IMG/VR virus record: IMGVR_UViG_3300005805_000339
Coordinates: 1 to 28,743 of that record
From: a virus
Taxonomy: Duplodnaviria; Caudoviricetes
Reading direction: 5' to 3' (one strand)
Length of the DNA: 28,743 bases
The position numbers and the translations under genes are program-made. Shown here piece by piece: positions 9,685 to 17,250 of this stretch. Position 1 is the stretch's first letter. Each line of letters begins with the position of its first letter. A model generated the notes under the pieces. The model was not told the origin of the DNA, did not search any database, and saw only the letters and a list, made by a program, of their open reading frames with translations.

Positions 9685-10119
9685 TTAGGTCAAAGATCCA
9701 GATACGAAGTTGACAGCTCCAGATAGACGAACTGAGCAATCTGCAACCAAGATACCTTGTGATGGATCGTCAGCGGTAATGTTGAATTCCAACAACGAAC
9801 CAGAGAATCTCCAAGAAGTGCCATCGCTGAATTTGATAGAGAAGTAATCGGTAGCAGTTCCTTGGTTAGCGGACTGAGAAACAATATACTGGTGTACGCT
9901 TGAAGCTGGATTATATTGTAGTCCGAATGTCAAAGTGCCTGGATCAGATAGAGCAGCTGCTTTGTATTCTTTGGCGGTGGATGCCATATTTGTAATATCG
10001 ATCTCTGGTTTAGAGAAGTTTGGCCCACCGATATTGGTTACGTTTGGTATTTCTGCAGATGACGTTGGAGTAACCTGCATCGACAAAATTGTTTTTGAAT
10101 AAATTGCTGTTGAAGCCAT
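9685..10119 (-). CDS. Major tail (tube) protein, lambda gpV-like
   Basis: I.NVTNIGGP..EIDIT..KEY..L.DPGTLTF.LQYNP..H..F.IKFSDG..W.F.G..V.LSG pattern; SD AAGGA; followed by a terminator. Confidence 0.9.
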   Translation of the reverse strand: MASTAIYSKTILSMQVTPTSSAEIPNVTNIGGPNFSKPEIDITNMASTAKEYKAAALSDPGTLTFGLQYNPASSVHQYIVSQSANQGTATDYFSIKFSDGTSWRFSGSLLEFNITADDPSQGILVADCSVRLSGAVNFVSGSLT

Positions 10120-10152
10120 ATATTTCCTTTTTTTAGATTATTTGTTTACGAA

Positions 10153-10180
10153 TATAAATATAAACGAAGACACGAAAAAC
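10153..10180 (-). promoter_or_regulatory. Putative promoter GTTTTT-N14-TATTTATA for major tail gene
   Basis: Consensus copy of the bipartite motif. Confidence 0.72.
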
Positions 10181-10193
10181 GTCAGTCTTGGTG

Positions 10194-10221
10194 ATTTTTA
10201 TTTGATAGCTTAATATGTATA
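10194..10221 (+). promoter_or_regulatory. Putative divergent promoter ATTTTT-N14-TATGTATA
   Basis: Same motif and spacing on the plus strand, back-to-back with the major tail promoter. Confidence 0.55.
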
Positions 10222-10235
10222 ATCGTAGTATAACC

Positions 10236-10275
10236 AGTAGAGATGGCCTGGAGGTAACTCTGGGTCATTTCTATT
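10236..10275 (+). other. Long RNA hairpin with GUAA tetraloop (terminator, leader or small RNA)
   Basis: AGTAGAGATGGCCTGGAG-GTAA-CTCTGGGTCATTTCTATT pairs fully only on the plus strand, using G.U wobbles. Confidence 0.7.
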
Positions 10276-10305
10276 TATAGACATATTAGATTATAGTTAT
10301 GCTAT

Positions 10306-10515
10306 ATGACCGAAAAAAATGATGCTAAGCTTCAGTATTTCGTGAAAGTAGATGTCAGCAGATTAACATTGTCAGAGAAGGGAACAATGTGTTTAGCCGT
10401 AGAGTGTTGTTGTCTCAAGATAAGAAAAGCAAAGAAATATACTTCATTCTATTTTGAGACGAAGGAATATGCTGAAACATTTACAGCATTCCTTAATATG
10501 CACGTAAAATCTTAG
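10306..10515 (+). CDS. Hypothetical protein (69 aa), convergent with 10493..11263
   Basis: Fills otherwise empty space; TATTTATA at 10272..10279 upstream; 23-nt 3' overlap with the opposing gene. Confidence 0.45.
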   Translation: MTEKNDAKLQYFVKVDVSRLTLSEKGTMCLAVECCCLKIRKAKKYTSFYFETKEYAETFTAFLNMHVKS

Positions 10516-11263
10516 TAGTTCCCCTGACTATTTTATAGCCGTTGATTTCTTGTTTGTTTGTCCGTATAGCATATCCCAATTTTTTATCATTGGTTTTGAG
10601 CACATTTGCAGTAACTCGTAGGCTCACAAAATCTATCTGCTTTTCATCTTTGACAAACTTCAGATAGTTTATCACATCATATATTTCTTTTTTTGGCTTA
10701 GCTCCTGAGAAATATTCGTCCCACGTTCTGCCATCTATAATATCACCTTTGTAGCACCAATCTCTTATTATACCACCAGTTTGTAGCATAGTGTCAAGTG
10801 TTGATACTTTCATGCCTATCTTTTTGCATATTACATTTTTTGATATATGTAATGGTACTTCTTCTTTGGTTTTTATATTGATGAGATGGTGACCATACAT
10901 CCGTATATGCCAATTTTGAGTTGCATCTATTTTTGGTGCCTCTACAAATCTTTTGATATTTTTGCGGAATATCATTAATCCATTGCCTCTAGGATCTCTG
11001 TGCAATGCCCTTACAAACGATTGTGCAAGTTTTTCTAACTCAGGTATGTTGAATCGTGTATATCCTAATGGCCTATTTGCTTGAATATCAACCCTGACGG
11101 TATCTGTATGGCTTAGGCACATTGTATATTCTTCAAACTTATTGTCCTTTATTATATGCCCCCGCATCCTACCAGCATCAATGGTCTTTATATAAGTAAA
11201 GCCATTTAGCTCAGTAAGCTTAACGTCTTCTATTGTTGGGATATAAATTTTTTGGTAGTCCAT
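10493..11263 (-). CDS. Hypothetical basic non-structural protein, possibly with NUMOD1/HTH-like DNA-binding elements
   Basis: 256 aa, Lys/Ile-rich, lacks Ser/Gly repeats; C-terminal F.SLR.TA..L..L..AI..INGYKI loosely resembles NUMOD1; own TATATATA element upstream. Confidence 0.6.
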   Translation of the reverse strand: MDYQKIYIPTIEDVKLTELNGFTYIKTIDAGRMRGHIIKDNKFEEYTMCLSHTDTVRVDIQANRPLGYTRFNIPELEKLAQSFVRALHRDPRGNGLMIFRKNIKRFVEAPKIDATQNWHIRMYGHHLINIKTKEEVPLHISKNVICKKIGMKVSTLDTMLQTGGIIRDWCYKGDIIDGRTWDEYFSGAKPKKEIYDVINYLKFVKDEKQIDFVSLRVTANVLKTNDKKLGYAIRTNKQEINGYKIVRGTTKILRAY

Positions 11264-11325
11264 ATATACTCATATATATAGAACAAAAATCTATAGTCAA
11301 ACTTTTTAGATTTTATAAACTATTT

Positions 11326-14049
11326 TTACCAAGTACTCAGAGTGCTTCGCCTCCAAGTATTTGTTGCTGTGCAAATATACACTGATCCGCTATCCCATCT
11401 TATTTCACCAACTGTGCCAGACGAGCTGATTGAAGATGGAACTGATCCGCTTGGTAACAATAGTGATCCAGATATTGCTACACTACCAGTAAATCTGCAA
11501 GTATCAGATGTAGCATCACCAAACTTTGAGTCGCCTGTTATAAAAATAGAACTTGCTGTAACAGGTAGATCAAATGTAGTATGACCACTTGCGCTAACTC
11601 TTAGGCGAATATTTCCAGCACCGTCTGCAAGTATTATATTATTGCTCAATACAGTATTTAAGGCGAAAGGAAGATTTGCACCAATTATTGTATTGTTGCT
11701 TCCAGTTGATATGTTTCTAGCACAATCATATCCAAGTATTGTATTATTACTTCCACTTACCAATCCATATAATGACTGTTCACCAACAGCTACGTTTCCA
11801 CTTCCAGAAGTATTAGAAAATAATGCGTGATGCCCAAGTGCGGAGTTGTAGTTGCCAGCAGTATTATTTCTTAATGAACCAAGACCAACAGCGGTATTTT
11901 CTATGCCGGTTCTGTTTTCACCTAATGATTGTTGACCGACCGCTGTATTGTCTATGCCGGTTCTGTTTTCATACATTGAAAAATAACCTATAGCAGTGTT
12001 GCTATTTCCGGCAGTATTTTGAGTTAATGAAAAAACGCCTACGGCTGTATTTAGATTTCCACCAATATTATTACTTAATGAATGAGCTCCTATAGCAACA
12101 TTATCGCTACCAGAAATATTATTTTGTAATGCTATCCAACCAACCGCTGTATTATTATCACCAATAGTATTACCAGTCAGTGTGTAATTTCCAACCGCGG
12201 TATTATTATTACCAACAGTGTTGCCACTCAATGAATTATAGCCAACAGCAGTAGTATTGATGCCAGTAGTATTTACAGACAACGAAGAAAATCCTAATAC
12301 TGTATTACTACTATCATTACCTTTTCCTCTACCAACAGTAATAGAATTTATTGTAGCATCACTGCTGCCTGTAATTTGTCCGAATGTTACATTGTTTGAT
12401 GAAGTAAATGCATATCCGCCACCATTGGATAGTTGGAAGCTGCTGCTAATTGTTCCGCCTCCAGTTCCACTTGTGCCTGATGTACCATTAACTCCAGACG
12501 TTCCGCTTGTGCCGGATGTACCACTTGCGGCATTTAATGCATATGAAGCTGTAACGGCAAAACTTGCTGTACCTTGTAATGATCCAGTAAATGATGTAAA
12601 TACTGCTGTACTGCCAGATACCAATCCACGAAGTTGAGTAAGTGTTACAGCTGTAGTTCCTATCCAAACGCTGTTTGATCCACTTGCTATAACGCTATTT
12701 CCTATCGCAATTACATTTGATGTATTTGGTAAACTACCAGAAACTACTCCTGTATTTGATCCAATAAATACAGAATTGCCCATATTATTGAATGACTCAC
12801 TAAATGGAGAAACAGTTTGTCTTCCTGTTCCAGCAAAATATCCAATAAATACGCTTTGACTACCAGAGCCGATCATTCTACCAGCTTGAACACCAACTGC
12901 TGTATGTTGATTTGATACATTGTTTGTTAATAATGCGCTTCCACCTATAGCAATGTTGTTATTTGGTTGCCAAGCTGAAGCATTTGCATTTTGACCAATT
13001 ATAATACTATTTGAACCAGATGATATACTTGCTCCAGCATTTAATCCAATTACAATTTGATTAAATGAACTTGTATTCCTTAACAAAGATCCAGTTGGTG
13101 ATATTACAATATTAGCAATTGATGCAGTTATATTGTTTATCTTAGATGTAAGATCTGGTCCAATGTATATAGATGAGCTTTTTATTCCACTACTAACATT
13201 TACTGCGTCATTTATATACAGATCATCTACTGAATTTGCATAACTGGCTGTTCCAGCAAATGAGCTTGTTGATGATACGCTTGAAGATATATCATTCCAA
13301 TTTTGTGCTCCGCCTCCACCAGCATTTAATGCAAATGATGCGGTTATAGCATAACTTGCTGTAAGATTATTTAAAGCCCCACTAGCAGTAACAACATATC
13401 CACTTAAATCTTGAGTAATTCCCGATGTTCCAGATGTGCCATTGGTTCCTGATGTTCCATTGGTGCCACTTGTTCCATCTGTACCACTTGTTCCAGAGAT
13501 ACCAGATGTACCACTTGTTCCACTAGTGCCATCTGTTCCAGACGATCCTATTGATCCATTAACACCGCTTGTGCCAGATGTTCCACTGCTTCCGCTTGAA
13601 CCATCTGTTCCAGATATACCCGATGTTCCACTAGTGCCAGAACTACCATTAGTACCACTTGTTCCTGATGTTCCATCTATTCCACTAGTGCCGCTGGTGC
13701 CATCTGTACCAGAGGTTCCACTAAAACTTAGTGCATATGAAGCTGTGATAGCAAAAGATGAACTCAATGATTGTAAAGCATAGCTGGCTGTAGTTTCTGA
13801 ATTGCTTATCAATTTCCAGTTGTTTGGATTATCCCAATCAGCACTACTGCTTGTAGCACCATAATAACCATAATATTGTAGTGATGCTGTAGTAAATATA
13901 ATTGCTCCTACATCTCTTTTGTTTGCTGGTATTGAGCCTGTGTCAGATAATTGACCAACTGGATAACCGAGTCCCTTCAAACTCGTTTGAGCCATCAACG
14001 GGTTGTTGGGGTTATTATGTTGTAGGATGTCTGGAAAATTCAGTGCCAT
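11326..14049 (-). CDS. Long fibre/adhesin-like virion protein (GTS collagen-like tracts, TASYA motifs, beta-roll repeats)
   Basis: 907 aa; two GTS tracts; 17-aa NTAVG..SL..NT.G repeats; C-terminal P.S.SS.GT.GEIRWD..YIC.ATNTW.R domain typical of phage fibre ends. Confidence 0.8.
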   Translation of the reverse strand: MALNFPDILQHNNPNNPLMAQTSLKGLGYPVGQLSDTGSIPANKRDVGAIIFTTASLQYYGYYGATSSSADWDNPNNWKLISNSETTASYALQSLSSSFAITASYALSFSGTSGTDGTSGTSGIDGTSGTSGTNGSSGTSGTSGISGTDGSSGSSGTSGTSGVNGSIGSSGTDGTSGTSGTSGISGTSGTDGTSGTNGTSGTNGTSGTSGITQDLSGYVVTASGALNNLTASYAITASFALNAGGGGAQNWNDISSSVSSTSSFAGTASYANSVDDLYINDAVNVSSGIKSSSIYIGPDLTSKINNITASIANIVISPTGSLLRNTSSFNQIVIGLNAGASISSGSNSIIIGQNANASAWQPNNNIAIGGSALLTNNVSNQHTAVGVQAGRMIGSGSQSVFIGYFAGTGRQTVSPFSESFNNMGNSVFIGSNTGVVSGSLPNTSNVIAIGNSVIASGSNSVWIGTTAVTLTQLRGLVSGSTAVFTSFTGSLQGTASFAVTASYALNAASGTSGTSGTSGVNGTSGTSGTGGGTISSSFQLSNGGGYAFTSSNNVTFGQITGSSDATINSITVGRGKGNDSSNTVLGFSSLSVNTTGINTTAVGYNSLSGNTVGNNNTAVGNYTLTGNTIGDNNTAVGWIALQNNISGSDNVAIGAHSLSNNIGGNLNTAVGVFSLTQNTAGNSNTAIGYFSMYENRTGIDNTAVGQQSLGENRTGIENTAVGLGSLRNNTAGNYNSALGHHALFSNTSGSGNVAVGEQSLYGLVSGSNNTILGYDCARNISTGSNNTIIGANLPFALNTVLSNNIILADGAGNIRLRVSASGHTTFDLPVTASSIFITGDSKFGDATSDTCRFTGSVAISGSLLLPSGSVPSSISSSGTVGEIRWDSGSVYICTATNTWRRSTLSTW
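11690..12310 (-). repeat. About 12 tandem 17-aa NTAVGxxSLxxNTxGxx repeats (YadA-head-like beta-roll)
   Basis: NTAVGNYTLTGNTIGDN / NTAVGWIALQNNISGSD / NVAIGAHSLSNNIGGNL etc.; boundaries approximate. Confidence 0.85.
13420..13719 (-). repeat. GTS collagen-like coding repeat (a second short tract lies at ~12464..12522)
   Basis: About 33 consecutive Gly-X-Y triplets, X mostly T/S, Y mostly S/D/N. Confidence 0.95.
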
Positions 14050-14053
14050 ATGT

Positions 14054-15475
14054 TTATGATATTGCTAATGTTGTTCCACTGGCGAATGCTTTATCAGAAT
14101 TTGATTTATATACTCTGACCGAAACAGATGCACCATATGCATTGTTGATTGTATAATCACCAAGTTTAGTAAAGGCTGTTAATACTGGCAATGCACCGTT
14201 TTGTATGATAGTGCTCAAATCACCATAAGAAGCTGGATAAATTATATATGTAAAGTTTCCTAGTGTATCATTATTTCCATTGCAAGTAGCCGTCCAAGAA
14301 CGATCACTATCCAATATAGAATCTACAACATCATTATCTATTACAGTTTGGGCTGTGGCATTGGATATTATATCTGTAGAGCTTGCTGCCATATAATTTC
14401 TGAATCTGAATGACACAGATGTTGATGCACCAGTTATTGCTGTACCAATATCTGATCTTTTTCCGTTTACAGTAAATGTCACAGTGCCTCCAGATGTTGC
14501 ACGATTTATAGTATATGTATTACCAACCGACAATATATTAGAGCCGTTAGACAATCCAGCATTACCAAAATAATATGATACTGTACCAATATCTGCACCA
14601 GATGCTGTCCAGCTTGAGCTAATTGGTCCCACACCGTTACTATCAAGAGTAGCAGTAAACGAAGCTGTATTGACTTGGAAAGAGTTGTTTACATCTCTGG
14701 TTGCTGTAGAGATTGTGCTTCCTCCAAATCTCATAGATAGAGACGATAGTGTAGGTGGAGTATATGCAATCAGCATAGTTCTTAAAACTGACTCTATAGT
14801 GCTTCCAGAATGTATTGTTATACCAGAAATAATACCACCAACATTTTGGTTTGGTACAATATCAGCCTGTAAAGTAGTAGCAGATGATGTTATTGCATAT
14901 GATGCACTGGTAGCAAAACTTGAACTCTCTGAGTTGAATGCACCACTTATGGTCAAGCTGCCTGATATAAAAACATCACCATAAAAAGATATATTACTTC
15001 CAGTAATAGCCATCGCATTACTGCCTGTAAGAATATATTTGTCTTCCCATACAGCAACTTGACCAGCTTTACCAGCGCCTATAATTGCATTGTAATATAT
15101 TATGTCAGCACCATATACTACATCAAAGCTTACGTCCCTGCTGTATATTCCGGTTGAAATGTCGAAGTCATCAATTTCTGAGTTGATGACCATTTGTATT
15201 TCGCCATTGTTATATCCATTGAGAATAGAGATTAAGAAATCTCTCATATCCTCAGCTTCTTCTATTGTCTTAGATTTGCACGACCAAGTTGTTGTTTCTG
15301 TGCGTACACTTGGTCCGCTCATTGTCTGAGTACCAAGAATGCCTTCGCGAGTAAATACAATACAAGGTAAATCTACATTGCTGTTTTCAAACGTAGATTC
15401 ACTATAGACAGGCACCTGCAAATTGAGGTGAACCATCTGTCTTAAACTATAATAATACTCTTGTATTCCAGACAT
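14054..15475 (-). CDS. Tail-terminator-like domain (copy B) fused to a beta-rich extension
   Basis: N-terminal ~126 aa about 77% identical (hand alignment) to the N-terminus of 17251..19869; C-terminal Thr/Ser-rich beta region ending in YIIYPASYG.L..I..NAYG..RVYKSN. Confidence 0.72.
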   Translation of the reverse strand: MSGIQEYYYSLRQMVHLNLQVPVYSESTFENSNVDLPCIVFTREGILGTQTMSGPSVRTETTTWSCKSKTIEEAEDMRDFLISILNGYNNGEIQMVINSEIDDFDISTGIYSRDVSFDVVYGADIIYYNAIIGAGKAGQVAVWEDKYILTGSNAMAITGSNISFYGDVFISGSLTISGAFNSESSSFATSASYAITSSATTLQADIVPNQNVGGIISGITIHSGSTIESVLRTMLIAYTPPTLSSLSMRFGGSTISTATRDVNNSFQVNTASFTATLDSNGVGPISSSWTASGADIGTVSYYFGNAGLSNGSNILSVGNTYTINRATSGGTVTFTVNGKRSDIGTAITGASTSVSFRFRNYMAASSTDIISNATAQTVIDNDVVDSILDSDRSWTATCNGNNDTLGNFTYIIYPASYGDLSTIIQNGALPVLTAFTKLGDYTINNAYGASVSVRVYKSNSDKAFASGTTLAIS

Positions 15476-15493
15476 ATTTTATTGCTGATTATT

Positions 15494-15817
15494 TCATCCA
15501 GCTGAATATGGTGGATACATATTCCATTGTTGATTTTGTTCATTCCAAATGTAGAAATTTTCTACATCATCAGGATGTGGTACAGGAGCATTCCACGTTT
15601 TAGTTTCTGAGTTCCATATCCACGATGGATAAGGCTTTGGTTGGCGAAATCCATCTGTTTCATTGTATGTGTAGCCAATACCCACCAATGTTTCATCTGA
15701 ACATACCCATACACCGCCAAGCCTTTCCATAGCCCATTGTTCATTATCACAGACGATAACTTGTGTGACTATGCCATCAACAATTTTGCAACAATAATGT
15801 TCTTTTGTATTACTCAT
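15494..15817 (-). CDS. Small fibre-associated protein (Trp/Pro-rich)
   Basis: GIVTQVIV..GIGYTYN..DGF..PKPYPSW.WN..W.APVP.P..Y.WNE..W pattern, usually adjacent to glycine-rich fibre genes; ATGA overlap with the upstream gene. Confidence 0.7.
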   Translation of the reverse strand: MSNTKEHYCCKIVDGIVTQVIVCDNEQWAMERLGGVWVCSDETLVGIGYTYNETDGFRQPKPYPSWIWNSETKTWNAPVPHPDDVENFYIWNEQNQQWNMYPPYSAG

Positions 15818-16638
15818 ATTGGATATCTTATTATGACAATGCCTGAGCCACCCTTGCCAGGTAAGTTACCTGTATTACCGCCTTGGTAGTTGGACCCACC
15901 GCCACCACCACCTGTATTTGCTGCACCGTCTGTGGCATCTGATGTAGCAAAGGTAGTAGCACCGTTGCCGCCTCCACCCGCGCCACCAAGTCCACCTGAC
16001 CCTACTTTGTAAGCACCGCCACCGCCGCCACCATAAGTAGCAGAAGATCCTCCGATGGTTGAAGTTACACCGTCTCCACCATTTCCTCCAGTACCACCTA
16101 AATCACTCGTAGCGTTTCCACCATTTTCTCCAGCACCAGCACCACCACCACCAGCAAAATATGTATTATCATCAGTAATTCCAGTGCCACCGTTGTAAGT
16201 GACACCAGTACCACCAGCCTGAGGAGTGCCTGTTCCGTGTCCTCCACCACCGCCGCAACCGCCGTTTCCACCAACACCAATGTTGTCAGTCGCACCACCG
16301 CCGTGTCCTCCACCTTCAGATGTAATACTAGAGAACTGTGAGTCTGAACCTTTGGTTAAATAAGTTCCACCACCTCCAACTATTATACTATAAGTTGTTG
16401 CAGTTACAGTAAAACCAGTACCTGTTTTTACATCTCCACCGCCGCCACCACCAAACGAACCACCACCACCACCAGCAACAACTAGATAATCCACATTGCC
16501 ACCAGTAGTTACAACAAAGTCTCCTGAAGAAGTAAACGTATGAATACGATAGCCACCAGAATCAGTAACAGTGCCACCAGTAGCTACTACATTGGATACT
16601 GCTGCGAAAACGTATGGATTTATAAATATGACACTCAT
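15814..16638 (-). CDS. Glycine-rich-domain virion protein (likely fibre tip)
   Basis: ATGGTVT..GYRIHTFTSSG.F..VDYLVVAGGGGG...YGGGGGG..ANTGGGGGG..GGSGIVIIRY; N-terminal INPYVF peptide. Confidence 0.8.
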   Translation of the reverse strand: MSVIFINPYVFAAVSNVVATGGTVTDSGGYRIHTFTSSGDFVVTTGGNVDYLVVAGGGGGSFGGGGGGDVKTGTGFTVTATTYSIIVGGGGTYLTKGSDSQFSSITSEGGGHGGGATDNIGVGGNGGCGGGGGHGTGTPQAGGTGVTYNGGTGITDDNTYFAGGGGAGAGENGGNATSDLGGTGGNGGDGVTSTIGGSSATYGGGGGGAYKVGSGGLGGAGGGGNGATTFATSDATDGAANTGGGGGGSNYQGGNTGNLPGKGGSGIVIIRYPI

Positions 16639-16676
16639 AATATATTATTTGTTGGAATATGTTATAAGAGTGATAA

Positions 16677-17222
16677 TTACGAGTCTCTTCTTGTTTTTAG
16701 GTATACTTTTAATCCTTTACCGGCTGTAGAGCTCCCAACTTGGTCTATGTCAATAATTATTTCAGAATCATCAGCTAATGATGAAGTGGTAATAGTTGCT
16801 TGACTTGCTGCGGTTACAGATGTTTTTTCTAAAGCATCTATACTTAATTTTGTTCCAAGTAAACTACCACTAGCAGCACTACCACTTATATTGATATCTA
16901 CAATAAGTGTTGAACCGCTTGGTGCTGTATTCACGGAGGATCTTACAGCTAATAGTGTACCTGCGTATGGCATTCTGAAATATACTTTACCAGAGCCAGT
17001 AGTAAGATCAGTAGTTTCATCAGAAGCAGCAATTGTAAAATAATCTATACTACCAGTTGTTGCATCTGAGCTGTATGGCAATGAATTCCACGAGCCAGTT
17101 CCATCACCTATTTTAAATCTGCCTGTATTTAGTTCTGCCCCAAGCTCTCCTTGCATCAAGATTGGGTTTGTACTTGACCATTGTGTTGATGATCCTCTTC
17201 GAAGTTGAATTTGCGTTGCCAT
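16677..17222 (-). CDS. Mtd_N/hyaluronidase-N-like domain fused to a beta-sandwich; putative fibre adaptor
   Basis: QIQLRRG..W.S.NP.L..GE.G.E..TG.FKIGDG..WNSLPY, then SDETT.LTTG..FRMPYA..DIDQVGS..AGKGLKVYL. Confidence 0.78.
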   Translation of the reverse strand: MATQIQLRRGSSTQWSSTNPILMQGELGAELNTGRFKIGDGTGSWNSLPYSSDATTGSIDYFTIAASDETTDLTTGSGKVYFRMPYAGTLLAVRSSVNTAPSGSTLIVDINISGSAASGSLLGTKLSIDALEKTSVTAASQATITTSSLADDSEIIIDIDQVGSSTAGKGLKVYLKTRRDS

Positions 17223-17250
17223 AAATATTATTGTTTTATATTATTAAATA

